From Candidatus Yanofskybacteria bacterium (GTDB taxonomy: Bacteria > Patescibacteriota > Minisyncoccia > 2-02-FULL-40-12 > GWA2-44-9): DNA of 64,000 nt. Both the position numbers and the translations under genes were made by a program. The stretch spans positions 37-64,036 of the forward strand of contig CAIKUK010000015.1 in NCBI GenBank assembly GCA_903830625.1, in the 5' to 3' direction. The notes under the pieces were generated by a model. It worked only from the letters and a program-made list of their open reading frames with translations, made no database searches and was not told the origin of the DNA. Each line of letters starts with the position of its first letter. Positions within the stretch are counted from its first letter, which is position 1. This document shows positions 1-9,860 of this stretch, in pieces.

Positions 1-599
1 TGACGACCGGCCCAGACCTCATTGGAACCTTTGCCAGCCAGTTCTCCGGGTAGACCGTCCGGATGAATGGTGATAATAAATTTGAAAAAGGCTTGGCCGA
101 ATTCCGCTTCCGCTTGGAGAGCCAGCTCGGCGCCATGAGCGCCCGCCCGCTCTTCGGTCGCCAAAACCACAATCATTTTATCTTTCGGATAATTGGTTCT
201 GGAAATTGCGTTCAAACTATCCCGAACAATAGAATAAGGTTCTTTAAAGACCGGCAAGATAACCAGATTATAGACGTCTTGGTGGGCCACAGACGGCAAT
301 TGCGGATTTTCTGCAACTGATGCCAATCGATTAACCCAGTCCACTTTTAAATTTTGGCGCATCTTCATGAATGAAGACCGGATTAACACCGAAAGATAAA
401 CAGTTTTAATGAGCCAGTAGAGGTCAAAAAGGATAATGAAAAAAGTAGCAAAGACAGGTGCTTTAAAAGAGATCAGCACCACTAGAGCTAGGGTGACCCA
501 GGCCAAAAGACCCGGAAAAATTTCCAAAAATCGGTACAACCGGCGATCGCGCGGATTCGACAGGTCAGGAGCATTGCCAACATGAAGATAATCAAGCAT
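1..599 (-). CDS. Membrane-anchored glycosyltransferase family 2-like protein (3' end runs off window)
   Basis: Manual translation from ATG at 599: MLDYLHVG...two TM helices...VILPVFKEPYSIVRDSL...YPKDK...GKGSN; not in the ORF track because it is truncated. Confidence 0.6.
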   Translation of the reverse strand, partial: MLDYLHVGNAPDLSNPRDRRLYRFLEIFPGLLAWVTLALVVLISFKAPVFATFFIILFDLYWLIKTVYLSVLIRSSFMKMRQNLKVDWVNRLASVAENPQLPSVAHQDVYNLVILPVFKEPYSIVRDSLNAISRTNYPKDKMIVVLATEERAGAHGAELALQAEAEFGQAFFKFIITIHPDGLPGELAGKGSNEVWAGR

Positions 600-645
600 A
601 GAGGCGTAATTAAAACACAAATATCAGCTTAATGCAACTCTTTAA

Positions 646-1596
646 CTAACCCAAGGCAAGACTGAAGAGGCCATCTTCCAGGTCGCGTTTGCCTTGCTTT
701 GTCCCCTGTTCGAGATCAATAACTTCCTGATAGAGATGCTTGATGTTCGCCAAGGAAAGATGAGCCGTGGCCGAAAGCATTTTCTTAACGACAAACGGAT
801 GAATGCCGGCTTTCTGGGCAATTTGAGACGAAGAAATGTTTCGGTCGGCAAAATCTTTGACCATGAGCATATTTCGGAACTGATAAATCACCATCGAAAG
901 CAAATAATACGGGTCTCGGCCATAGGCCAGCTCCCCGCAAAGCAGTGAGAACGCTTGGGCCCGACGGCCCGAACCTAGAGCGTCAATAAATTCAAAAACG
1001 TTCGGCTCGGTCTCGGTTTTAATAAGCTCGTCAACGCTGGCTAGCGTGATAACGCCCTGGGCATAATTAGCCAGCTTGTCGAGATTGTGAACCCGAGCCC
1101 AACTATCTGTCCCGGCCACAGTGACAAATCTGACTAACGCTCCCGGCGCAAATGATGCCCCCCGAGCCGAAGTTTCTTTTTTGAGCCATGTCTGTAGTTG
1201 TGTGCCTTCCAGATAAGTAAAATTACGAACTAGATTTTTAGAATCCGAGAGAAAAGTGAATAATTCTTTGGGTTTAGCTTGAGCATTAGTTCCGGAATGA
1301 GTAGCTAGAACAACAATCCCCTTGTCGGTTGCGATCTGATACTTCGTGAAAAGTTCGTGCAAAATTTCCGCCGTCTGTAAATTACTGAATATATTATTAA
1401 CCAGAATCAATTTAACCTCGCTAAAAAGCGAAATACTTTTGACCGCTTCGGTTACTTCGGCCACAGCCGAAGGGGCAGTGCCGTCAAGGCGAAACAAATT
1501 AAAACCGCTGCCATGTTTGGCTTGGTAGCTGCGGATTATCGATTCACGGTTGTCGCGCAACCGATAAGTGTCCTCGCCCGAAAGAAAGATAATCAT
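646..1596 (-). CDS. holA: DNA polymerase III delta subunit
   Basis: MIIFLSGEDTY N-terminus, VFEFIDAL, IHPFVVKK C-terminal motif. Confidence 0.9.
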   Translation of the reverse strand: MIIFLSGEDTYRLRDNRESIIRSYQAKHGSGFNLFRLDGTAPSAVAEVTEAVKSISLFSEVKLILVNNIFSNLQTAEILHELFTKYQIATDKGIVVLATHSGTNAQAKPKELFTFLSDSKNLVRNFTYLEGTQLQTWLKKETSARGASFAPGALVRFVTVAGTDSWARVHNLDKLANYAQGVITLASVDELIKTETEPNVFEFIDALGSGRRAQAFSLLCGELAYGRDPYYLLSMVIYQFRNMLMVKDFADRNISSSQIAQKAGIHPFVVKKMLSATAHLSLANIKHLYQEVIDLEQGTKQGKRDLEDGLFSLALG

Positions 1597-2603
1597 TGCC
1601 AGGTGGGGTTAACTTCAATCCAAATTTGGCCCGGTGTGAATTTGATTTCATCGCCGGCAGCATTATAAAAATACAACTTGGAATCAAGCCGGGCTGGATC
1701 TTTCTTCCAAGTGCCGGTAATTTTAATACCGTCCTGATAGATTTCGGCGTTCCCCTTTCCGGTGGTGTTAACCACGATGTATTGATCGCCCTCATACAAA
1801 ACATGCGAAGTCGTATCCATTACCGCAATGATGCTCGCTGTTACTTGTTTGTTGGTATTCTTGTCTATTTCCGGCGCTCCGCCTCGGGAACGGGAATATA
1901 AATTAGTGTTCTGATTGTAAATCCACGAAACATTATAGGGAGCTGGGTAATTAAGAATTACCTTTGTGGCGATATTGGAAATGTTTTTGGTCGGTGTGTC
2001 ATCGGCGTGAGGATAGCCGTCGAAGTCTTTAGTTAAGCTGTAACCAAAAGTTTTTGCCTGTTGGAACAACAAATCAAGATTAGAGAATCCATTATGCGGC
2101 GGCTTGATACCCGACTTCCGGTAAAAAATCGTGCCGTCGAATTGAAGGGCATCAATATTGTCCATGATATGACTATTGAGTTGAGCGAGTGCGACATGTT
2201 CCCCGCCCCAATGGGCATAGATAGCATCGAACCCGACCGCTAATGGAATAAAATCTTCTCGGGCGGAACGGATGGAACCGATTTCTTTCGGTGTCTGACA
2301 TTGGAAGATGGCCATAAACCTGGTCACACCATTAGGCGTGACCGGCATTTCGATAACCAGGTCAGCCGCGCCAATACCCGACAAAGGGCGAGCTTCGGGG
2401 TCGGAGGCCATCATTGCCGCCATCGGCCGACGTTGGGCCGTTTCGCAATTCAAACCGGCGATGGAGCTTGGTCTTTTGGGTGTTCCGTCCGAATTAAAAC
2501 TAACCGTAAAACTGCGGCCCGAACCAAAAATCCAGAATAATAATCCGGATAACAAAACGATACCGCCAACAACAAAAATTTTTCTACGATAAGCGCGATA
2601 CAT
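1593..2603 (-). CDS. DUF3048/YerB-like exported protein
   Basis: N-terminal TM; RPMAAM..DPEARPLSG..ADLVIEMPV..GVTRF, IGSIRSAR, PPHN motifs. Confidence 0.8.
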   Translation of the reverse strand: MYRAYRRKIFVVGGIVLLSGLLFWIFGSGRSFTVSFNSDGTPKRPSSIAGLNCETAQRRPMAAMMASDPEARPLSGIGAADLVIEMPVTPNGVTRFMAIFQCQTPKEIGSIRSAREDFIPLAVGFDAIYAHWGGEHVALAQLNSHIMDNIDALQFDGTIFYRKSGIKPPHNGFSNLDLLFQQAKTFGYSLTKDFDGYPHADDTPTKNISNIATKVILNYPAPYNVSWIYNQNTNLYSRSRGGAPEIDKNTNKQVTASIIAVMDTTSHVLYEGDQYIVVNTTGKGNAEIYQDGIKITGTWKKDPARLDSKLYFYNAAGDEIKFTPGQIWIEVNPTWQ

Positions 2604-2613
2604 GACTATATTT

Positions 2614-3492
2614 TTATTTTAGCACTTGATGAACGGAACAAAAATGGGCCGACCGACCGGCCAGTATAATACATCTTATCACTCCCCCGTCCTTCCGACT
2701 GCATTTTTCTCCCGTCTTCTGATAGGCCTTATGGAGATTTTGAAAATCACCTTTTGTCCCCGAAGGTGTCCGGTAGTCATTCATACTTGAACCTTTATGT
2801 TTTATTGCCAGTTTCAAAATATCCCACATCGCTTTGTAAATGCTTTTTAAATCTTTATCGTCCAAATGTTCCACTCGTGATGTCGGATGCAAATTCGCCC
2901 GCCACAAAATCTCATCGGCATAAATATTTCCGATACCGGCTATGAAATGCGGGTCCATCAGAACCTGTTTGATTCTCCCCTTTTTCTTGATAAAAAGCTT
3001 TTTAAATTCTGGAGATGAGATTTCTAACGGTTCCGGCCCAAGCTCATGGATTTCTTTTAAATCATTGACTTTATCATCATCAACCAGAACAATTTTGCCA
3101 AAGCGCCGTAAGTCGGATAAGGCCAATTGATAACCATTGCTCAAACCCATCACCACGCGGATATACTGATTGTTCCGATCGTCATTCAACGGCCCCTTAA
3201 TCTGGCTCTGCCATTTGCCATCCACTAGTTTCCATTTGCCATATAACAAATGGCCAGACATCTTTTGGTGAATAAAGATGGTCTTTTTACCTTCGATATC
3301 CAAAACAATGTATTTGGCCCGGCGCCGAACGCTTAATATCTTTTTATTCTTTATCTCTTTTTTAAAATGAGCCAATCCTCCGGCTTGGCGCAAAGTCTTG
3401 GCCCAATCTACCCAAACATTACGAAAACGCAGATTGATTAGGTCTTTGCGTAATTCCCTGACGATTGTCTCGACTTCTGGTAATTCCGGCAT
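2614..3492 (-). CDS. mutM: Formamidopyrimidine-DNA glycosylase
   Basis: MPELPEVET start, RRAKY, GIGNIYADE, C-terminal zinc finger. Confidence 0.97.
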   Translation of the reverse strand: MPELPEVETIVRELRKDLINLRFRNVWVDWAKTLRQAGGLAHFKKEIKNKKILSVRRRAKYIVLDIEGKKTIFIHQKMSGHLLYGKWKLVDGKWQSQIKGPLNDDRNNQYIRVVMGLSNGYQLALSDLRRFGKIVLVDDDKVNDLKEIHELGPEPLEISSPEFKKLFIKKKGRIKQVLMDPHFIAGIGNIYADEILWRANLHPTSRVEHLDDKDLKSIYKAMWDILKLAIKHKGSSMNDYRTPSGTKGDFQNLHKAYQKTGEKCSRKDGGVIRCIILAGRSAHFCSVHQVLK

Positions 3493-3584
3493 GGGATGAT
3501 TCTCAACGAAGCAAGCGGATGCGACGCTGAGTTGTTAGAATCTTGCCACCCGCCTAAATTTTTAGAATAAAAACTTAGGCGGGT
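3488..3584 (-). repeat. Family A palindrome plus second hairpin, directly upstream of the mutM ATG
   Basis: ACCCGCCTAA...TTAGGCGGGT at 3548-3584; the whole ~97 nt is homologous to 28711-28812. Confidence 0.85.
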
Positions 3585-3611
3585 TTCGCGCTATTGTCGA
3601 CTAGACTATGC

Positions 3612-6260
3612 CTACTCGACAACGCTCATTTCGGCCCAATTGTCGCCGGATTTGGCGTCAACAACTATGGGAACACCGAAGTGATGAGCCGATTCCATTA
3701 TTTCTTTTATTTCTCTCGAAACATCCCCGACCATATCGTGCTTCACCTCAAAAAGCAATTCATCGTGGACCTGAAGAAGCATTCGAACCTTATCGCTATA
3801 TTTTTTATCGATAAGCTTCTGAACACCAATCATGGCCAGTTTAATCAGGTCGGCCGATGTACCTTGAATGGGCATATTGATGGCCATGCGTTCCGCCCCG
3901 GCGCGAAGCATGGGCATGGTGGAAAGGATTTCCGGAATCGGCCGACGGCGCCCAAAAAGCGTGGCCACATAACCGTCCTTCCGGGCTTGTTCTTTTACCT
4001 TTTCCAAATACTTCGCCAAGCCGGCAAATTCTTTGTTGTAGTTATCAATAAAAGCCCTGGCCTCATCCCGACTGACACCGGCCGCTCTCTGAAATCCCAA
4101 AAGACCCATGCCATAAAGAACGCCGAAATTCAAAACTTTGGCCTGTCGGCGCATGTTCGGCGTGACTTTATCCGGCACCACGTGAAATACGCCTGCCGCC
4201 GTCCGGGTGTGAATATCCTCGCCCTTTTTGAACGCGCCAGACATGGCCGGATCGCCCGAAAGATGGGCGGCCATGCGCAAATCAAGCTGGGAATAGTCGC
4301 AGGATAGTAAAACAAAATCTTTTTCGGCGATAAAGGCCTTGCGGAATTCTTGGCCGACTTCGGTCCGAATGGGAATGTTCTGTAAATTCGGGTCCTGGCT
4401 CGATAATCGACCCGTGGTCGTGCCGGTCTGGTTATAAGTAGTATGGACTCGGCCACCAGAATCAATCAACGACGGAAATGGCTCAATATAGGTTGTTTTT
4501 AGTTTCTGGAGTTCCCGGTATTTTAAAATTAAGTCAACAATGGGATGTTCGTGAGCCAGTTTTTCCAGTTCGCTATGCGCCGTCGAAAGGGCACCTTTAC
4601 CGGTCTTGCGAACCTTGCTCTTTAAATCCAATTTATCAAACAAAACTACCGATAACTGCTTGGGTGAATTGATATTAAATTCGCCGCCCGCCATTTCGGC
4701 AATCTTTTTTTCAAGGCTATCGATTTCTTTAGTGATTATAGCATCTAGTTTGCGCAATCCTTGGACATCCACCTTGATTCCTGCCCGTTCCATTCGAGCC
4801 AGGATGGGACTTAATGGCAATTCAATAGTGTTCAAAACTTTTTTCAATTCAAATTCTTCCAACTTCGGCTCATAACGTTCTTTAAGCATGGCAATATAGG
4901 CCGGCCGTTTTAAAGGTTCCGGATCCATATCTTCGCTGAACTCCGCAAAGTATAATCTTTCCAGAAGAAAATCTTTAACCTCCGAATTTAGAACGTAAGC
5001 CGCCAGTTTGGTATCAAACGTGAATCCGGCTGGCGCTATCCCTCGCTCCAACGCCCAGCGGGTAATCATCTTAATATCGTGGCCAGTCTTTTTAATTCTG
5101 GAATCAGCCAAAATCTTCCCGAACCGAGCCGAAAGGTTACCATTTTTTAACATTGTCTCCGGGAATCCGAATGACTCGTGTCTGTTTAAGCCCAGCATAA
5201 CCACGCCATCGTGAACATCGATTACAAACTCGCCGGCGGAATCAATCTGGCCCAATATTTTTTCCAATTCTGCCACCGAACCAACGAGAGTGGTTTTAAT
5301 GCCGTCCTTTGAAGTTTTCGGCACATTGGGGGCATCAAATAAACTGGCCGGTTCAGAGGCACTGCCGTCAATCTCGCCCAGACGCTTTATAATACTGTAC
5401 AGGGCCAAATCTTTGAGCAGTTTCTCCAAGGCTGGTTTATCCAAATGTTCCCGCCACTCGGTCTGACCCAAATCAAAATCAATATCGACATCTCGGATAA
5501 TGGTCGACAAATACTTGGAAAAAATTGCTTGGTCTTTGTTGGTTGTTAATCGTTCCACTAGCTTGGGTGTCAGAAGTTTGGGTTGTTTGCCTTTTTTATC
5601 CAGCGCTTCGTAAAGTTTTTCAAGACTGCCAAAATGCTGAATTAAAGCCGAAGCGGTCTTGTCCCCTATCCCTGGCACGCCCGGAATATTGTCGGACGGA
5701 TCGCCTTTCAATCCCTTGTAATCAATGAGCTGATTCGGATTCAAACCATAGCGAGCCACGACTTCTTTTTCGTTATATATCACGGTATCGGTTATGCCTT
5801 TCCGCATCGTAAATACAACCACTTTGTCTTTTTCTACCAGTTGTAAGGTATCCAAATCTCCGGTCATGATAATAACTTGCAAGTCATCAGTGGTCTTGGC
5901 TTGTTCCGCCAGAGCGCCAATCAGGTCGTCGGCTTCAAAACCAGGCTTTTCAAAAATCGGAATGCCGAACTTGGTCAAAATTTCTTTAATATAAGGAATT
6001 TGGAGATAAAGTTCGTCCGGCGCTTTGACGCGATGACTCTTGTATTCGGCGAATTCTTCATGCCGGAAAGTCGCCCCAGGCAAATCGAAAGTGGCGGCGA
6101 TATAATCGGGCTTCAAGTCCTTAATCATTCTAATCATGACCGACATAAAACCAAAGATGGCATTCGTCGGAACGCCGGTGGCAGTATTGAGCGTCGGCGG
6201 CAGGGCATGAAAGGCCCGATGAACCAGCGCGTTGGAATCAATGAGAACAAGTTTTTTCAT
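3612..6260 (-). CDS. polA: DNA polymerase I
   Basis: MKKLVLIDSNALVHRAFHA start at 6260, GDPSDNIPGVPGIG, TGRLSSQDPNLQNIP, DYSQ, QVHDEL. Confidence 0.97.
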   Translation of the reverse strand: MKKLVLIDSNALVHRAFHALPPTLNTATGVPTNAIFGFMSVMIRMIKDLKPDYIAATFDLPGATFRHEEFAEYKSHRVKAPDELYLQIPYIKEILTKFGIPIFEKPGFEADDLIGALAEQAKTTDDLQVIIMTGDLDTLQLVEKDKVVVFTMRKGITDTVIYNEKEVVARYGLNPNQLIDYKGLKGDPSDNIPGVPGIGDKTASALIQHFGSLEKLYEALDKKGKQPKLLTPKLVERLTTNKDQAIFSKYLSTIIRDVDIDFDLGQTEWREHLDKPALEKLLKDLALYSIIKRLGEIDGSASEPASLFDAPNVPKTSKDGIKTTLVGSVAELEKILGQIDSAGEFVIDVHDGVVMLGLNRHESFGFPETMLKNGNLSARFGKILADSRIKKTGHDIKMITRWALERGIAPAGFTFDTKLAAYVLNSEVKDFLLERLYFAEFSEDMDPEPLKRPAYIAMLKERYEPKLEEFELKKVLNTIELPLSPILARMERAGIKVDVQGLRKLDAIITKEIDSLEKKIAEMAGGEFNINSPKQLSVVLFDKLDLKSKVRKTGKGALSTAHSELEKLAHEHPIVDLILKYRELQKLKTTYIEPFPSLIDSGGRVHTTYNQTGTTTGRLSSQDPNLQNIPIRTEVGQEFRKAFIAEKDFVLLSCDYSQLDLRMAAHLSGDPAMSGAFKKGEDIHTRTAAGVFHVVPDKVTPNMRRQAKVLNFGVLYGMGLLGFQRAAGVSRDEARAFIDNYNKEFAGLAKYLEKVKEQARKDGYVATLFGRRRPIPEILSTMPMLRAGAERMAINMPIQGTSADLIKLAMIGVQKLIDKKYSDKVRMLLQVHDELLFEVKHDMVGDVSREIKEIMESAHHFGVPIVVDAKSGDNWAEMSVVE

Positions 6261-6715
6261 TCGTGTTTTGTAATTGATATGTTTCGCTCCTGTTCCGCTA
6301 TATGGTCTACATGGATTACCCAATGGTTTCGGGGCAGAATATCGGCCACTCGTTCGGCCCACTCAATCAAAATAATCGTGCCCGGAAGATGAATAATGTC
6401 TTTTCCAAAAAATGAAAGCAAATCAACTGAGCTACTTAATCGATAACAATCGATATGATAGAGCATATGATACTTTGGAACATTGTTAAGGTGATAATGT
6501 TTCATCAAAACAAAGGTCGGACTTTTCAAGTGTTCTTCTACACCCAGCGCTTCGGCAAAAGCCTGAATGAAAGTGGTTTTGCCTGCGCCCAGTTCCCCTT
6601 CCAAAGCCACGATGATAGGCTGACCCTGGCCTTCGCGCGTCAATACCAACGCCTGTTCTCTGGCGAATTTTTGAGTCTCTTCTGGGCTATGAGAAACATA
6701 TAACATCTTGCTCAT
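6257..6715 (-). CDS. tsaE: tRNA threonylcarbamoyladenosine biosynthesis ATPase
   Basis: GELGAGKTTF, SPTF, HIDCYRL, IEWAE; likely ATG at 6715. Confidence 0.93.
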   Translation of the reverse strand: MSKMLYVSHSPEETQKFAREQALVLTREGQGQPIIVALEGELGAGKTTFIQAFAEALGVEEHLKSPTFVLMKHYHLNNVPKYHMLYHIDCYRLSSSVDLLSFFGKDIIHLPGTIILIEWAERVADILPRNHWVIHVDHIAEQERNISITKHE

Positions 6716-6826
6716 AGTAGCTTTTTTGGCTTCTTTTTTCAAATGAAAAACCGCACTCTTTCGACAACCCTATGAAAGGGATGATTGAGTGCGGTCGCGG
6801 CGAGGCCAAAGGCCTCGCCGGAATAA

Positions 6827-7177
6827 CTAGCGGTTTCTCGGATCGTCCCACATAGACCCTTCTGTGAGGACGGAAACCGGAGTAGGTGTTGGTGGAGGAA
6901 CTGTTGGCGGTGGTGTCTGTTGGACCTGGATCACCACTGGGACCGGCTGTGCAACCGCCACTGACGCTGGTTGTACATTCCGAGTCTGACCAAAGACCCC
7001 ACCCAGAATCAGCCACGGAACAATGATGAGAAGTAGTCCTAGTGGAATCACCCACCAGGAATACCTTACCCACCAGGAACCTTCGAACGGACCGAGTCTC
7101 CAATCTCGGTCCGTTCCGATTACCATCGAGCGATTTCCTTGAACCACTCGACGCTGAACATCGAAGCGCTGAGCCAT
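6827..7177 (-). CDS. Hypothetical single-TM protein with Pro/Thr-rich tail
   Basis: ORF with hydrophobic segment; start overlaps the stop of the upstream ORF, with AGGAG just upstream. Confidence 0.55.
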   Translation of the reverse strand: MAQRFDVQRRVVQGNRSMVIGTDRDWRLGPFEGSWWVRYSWWVIPLGLLLIIVPWLILGGVFGQTRNVQPASVAVAQPVPVVIQVQQTPPPTVPPPTPTPVSVLTEGSMWDDPRNR

Positions 7178-7965
7178 CAGAGTTCTCCTTTGATTGGGTT
7201 AAAGAACACCCAACCGGAATGATATGGCAGCTCACGCTGGCCCAATTCCTGAGTAGGAACTTGTCGATTCCCTTTCCAGGCCATGACTTCTGCCCAGACT
7301 TGCGAATTGCTGGGAAGTTGTTTTGAAACCTCCCCGCCGGCGGGAATCGAGATATACTCCTCGGGATTATCGCCAACGATATGGACCCGAACCTCCAGAT
7401 CCTCGAATCGGTTTCTGAAGATTCTCCACTCCAGTGGGACGGTTTGAACTGTTTGCACCGTACTGGCCGGCTGTGGTTGTGGTGGCGGTTGATAGCCGCC
7501 ATACACGGGTACAGGATACGCGACGGGCTGGCTCATCGCCATGGCAGCGTTCATTTGCTGTCTCATGACAAGTGACTCTACCAGTCCGACACCCATTCCG
7601 ACGCCGACGCCCATCAGTAGGCTTCGGCCGATGCCGGGATAATGGCCGCTGTATAATCCACCTGAACGGCGCCAACTGTAATCCCCGCCCATCCGCCGAA
7701 CGTCATTCTGGAGTCCGCGGATGACTCTGCCGACTTCGTCACGATTCTCGGAACGAGCGGCTGCCGGCTGGCCCGATGTGGACCGGCCGACATTCCGCCA
7801 CGAGCGATCCGTGCGGATGATCGGCAGTGTCGCTCTTCCATCCGCAGGACGCGTTGCGACCGCTGACCGACCCGAAGCGGGGCGGCCGTTGGCACGTTGT
7901 GCAGACGCCGGAACCGCCGACAGCACGAGACCGATAACGACGAACAACATAAACATCTTTTTCAT
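7177..7965 (-). CDS. Hypothetical secreted protein (signal peptide, glycine-zipper-like segment)
   Basis: MKKMFMLF...SAVPASAQ signal peptide after an AGGAG SD; GVGVGMGVG stretch. Confidence 0.65.
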   Translation of the reverse strand: MKKMFMLFVVIGLVLSAVPASAQRANGRPASGRSAVATRPADGRATLPIIRTDRSWRNVGRSTSGQPAAARSENRDEVGRVIRGLQNDVRRMGGDYSWRRSGGLYSGHYPGIGRSLLMGVGVGMGVGLVESLVMRQQMNAAMAMSQPVAYPVPVYGGYQPPPQPQPASTVQTVQTVPLEWRIFRNRFEDLEVRVHIVGDNPEEYISIPAGGEVSKQLPSNSQVWAEVMAWKGNRQVPTQELGQRELPYHSGWVFFNPIKGEL

Positions 7966-8059
7966 GAGCTGTCTCCTAAGCCCCGACGCGGTTTGCGTGA
8001 GGCTAAAACGAATTGATATTGAGTTTTCGAGGTACATTCCCCCCGCTCCTAATACCTAC

Positions 8060-8103
8060 ATTATACCACAAATGTCACCAATTTGTCTAGTGACAGATGT
8101 CAC
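8060..8103 (-). promoter_or_regulatory. Sigma70-like promoter overlapped by three TGTCAC/GTGACA sites
   Basis: Minus strand TAGACA-18nt-TATAAT with extended -10 TG; motifs at 8073, 8090, 8098. Confidence 0.6.
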
Positions 8104-8130
8104 CACTAAAATAGCCCGAAATTTGGCCTT

Positions 8131-8502
8131 TTAATCAATGTTTTTATAATGTCTGATTTTTGCCACTCCCCGCTCCTTATCAAAGGCGACAGAAACAATG
8201 TCCATCTGCCAGGGTTGGTTTTCAGAATAGTGTTGATCGGATAAATAGGTCCGAGCGATACGGACCATGCGATGACGCTTGTCAGCATTAACCCGAAGCT
8301 CAGGTTCAAAACCAGGAATGTCTTTCTTGCTGGCTTTAACCTCAACGAAAATGACTATCCCCTCCTTCTCGGCAATAACATCAATCTCGCCCCAGGGTTT
8401 GCGGTAATTATGGCCCAGAATTTTGTATTTTTTGGATTTTAAATATTCGGCCGCATAATGCTCGGCAAAAAATCCTAATTCGCTTGTTCCGCGAACAGTC
8501 AT
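8131..8502 (-). CDS. yraN: YraN family (UPF0102) nuclease
   Basis: G..AE..AA.YL, NYRKPWGEIDVIA, FVEVK. Confidence 0.9.
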   Translation of the reverse strand: MTVRGTSELGFFAEHYAAEYLKSKKYKILGHNYRKPWGEIDVIAEKEGIVIFVEVKASKKDIPGFEPELRVNADKRHRMVRIARTYLSDQHYSENQPWQMDIVSVAFDKERGVAKIRHYKNID

Positions 8503-8724
8503 GAGTAAAACTTAGCATCTTTTTATATCAACACCAATGGTTGACCCGCAGGGTAGGTTTGTGGTACCTTCAATGTACATTCTCGCAAGAGAATTTTCCC
8601 GTTTATAAAGCCTCTTAGCCCCAATCTAATTAAGACCACCCTCACAAATTTAGTTCGCCGGATTCAAACGGCTTTTCGGCCTTTTTCATCTAATTTTGAA
8701 GTTTTTCTCAAGTCTGAAAAATCC

Positions 8725-9780
8725 ATGATAACAACCACTTTAGTGGTTGTTATCATGTTAATCGCGATTAAAGGGCCCACTGGAGACCAACCCGGTATCG
8801 TGGGGAGTGTTGTGCGACACTACACAGAGGAAACATCGGCTTCCATCATCCCTACCGAAACCAAACTCCAGCTGACCGACATTAGTAGTCTTATGGGGAA
8901 TAATGTTCCGGCCACTAACCGAGGTCAAGGAGGCTCTGAAGATTACATTTCTTCAACCGTTTATCTTATCCAAGATGATTCTGTACAAGCGGTCAATTCG
9001 GTGTCAGTGAATTATCTGGACGACATCAAACCGAACAAAATTACCAATTACACAGTCTTACCGGGTGACGCTCTGTCGTTCATTGCTTCAGACTTCGGCG
9101 TCAGTACTGAATCCATTATTTGGGCCAATAAACTCACTGATATCAATAACATTTCCCCAGGCCAAATTCTAAGAATACCCCCAATCTCGGGGGTTATCCA
9201 TTCGGTTCAAAAAGGCGATTCAGTTTCCTCTATTGCTAAAAAATATAACGCCGACAGCGCTAGAATTATAGCTTTTAACGAACTCGGCGATGATTCAAAA
9301 CTTGTTTCAGGAACTGATCTAGTGATACCTGATGGCGAGATGACAAAAGCCACGGCCGGAAGTAAAACTAGCGTTAAATACGGGGCCACATCAAGTGTCG
9401 CCAAAAAATTCGCGTATCTTCCGGACATGGGAGATTATTTCGGAATACCTGCAACTGGTTTTGACTGGGGGATTGTCCACGGCCGCAATAGTGTAGACGT
9501 TGCCAATGCTTGCGGGACGCCAATTAAGGCCTCGGCTAACGGAACAGTGGTCATTGCCTTAAGTTCCGGTTGGAACGGTGGATTCGGCAAGTATATTAAA
9601 CTGGTCCATTCAAATGGCACCGAAACTCTTTACGGGCATTTGAGCAAACTTCTCATTACCGAGGGTGAAGTTGCGGCCAAAGGCCAAGAAATTGGTCTCA
9701 TGGGTACAACGGGTAATTCGACGGGTTGCCATCTCCATTTTGAAGTTCACGGCGCCCGCAATATTCTAGCCAAATACTAA
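8725..9780 (+). CDS. LysM-repeat M23 family peptidase
   Basis: Two LysM repeats (YTVLPGDALS, HSVQKGDSVS); H...D, YGHL, STGCHLHFEV. Confidence 0.9.
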   Translation: MITTTLVVVIMLIAIKGPTGDQPGIVGSVVRHYTEETSASIIPTETKLQLTDISSLMGNNVPATNRGQGGSEDYISSTVYLIQDDSVQAVNSVSVNYLDDIKPNKITNYTVLPGDALSFIASDFGVSTESIIWANKLTDINNISPGQILRIPPISGVIHSVQKGDSVSSIAKKYNADSARIIAFNELGDDSKLVSGTDLVIPDGEMTKATAGSKTSVKYGATSSVAKKFAYLPDMGDYFGIPATGFDWGIVHGRNSVDVANACGTPIKASANGTVVIALSSGWNGGFGKYIKLVHSNGTETLYGHLSKLLITEGEVAAKGQEIGLMGTTGNSTGCHLHFEVHGARNILAKY

Positions 9781-9798
9781 AGTTAATAAACGCCACCA

Positions 9799-9830
9799 AA
9801 TAAAAAATCGCCTAGGGCGAATTTTTTATT
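9799..9830. terminator. Bidirectional intrinsic terminator
   Basis: AATAAAAAATCGCC-TAG-GGCGAATTTTTTATT between convergent genes. Confidence 0.7.
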
Positions 9831-9860
9831 TCGAATGAAACAATCTTAATGAATTAGGCC

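Noticed and set aside
3594-4307. Long antisense or alternate-frame ORFs (e.g. 3594-4307, 6687-7502, 55621-56163)
   Set aside because: Shadows of well-supported genes, with no recognisable motifs
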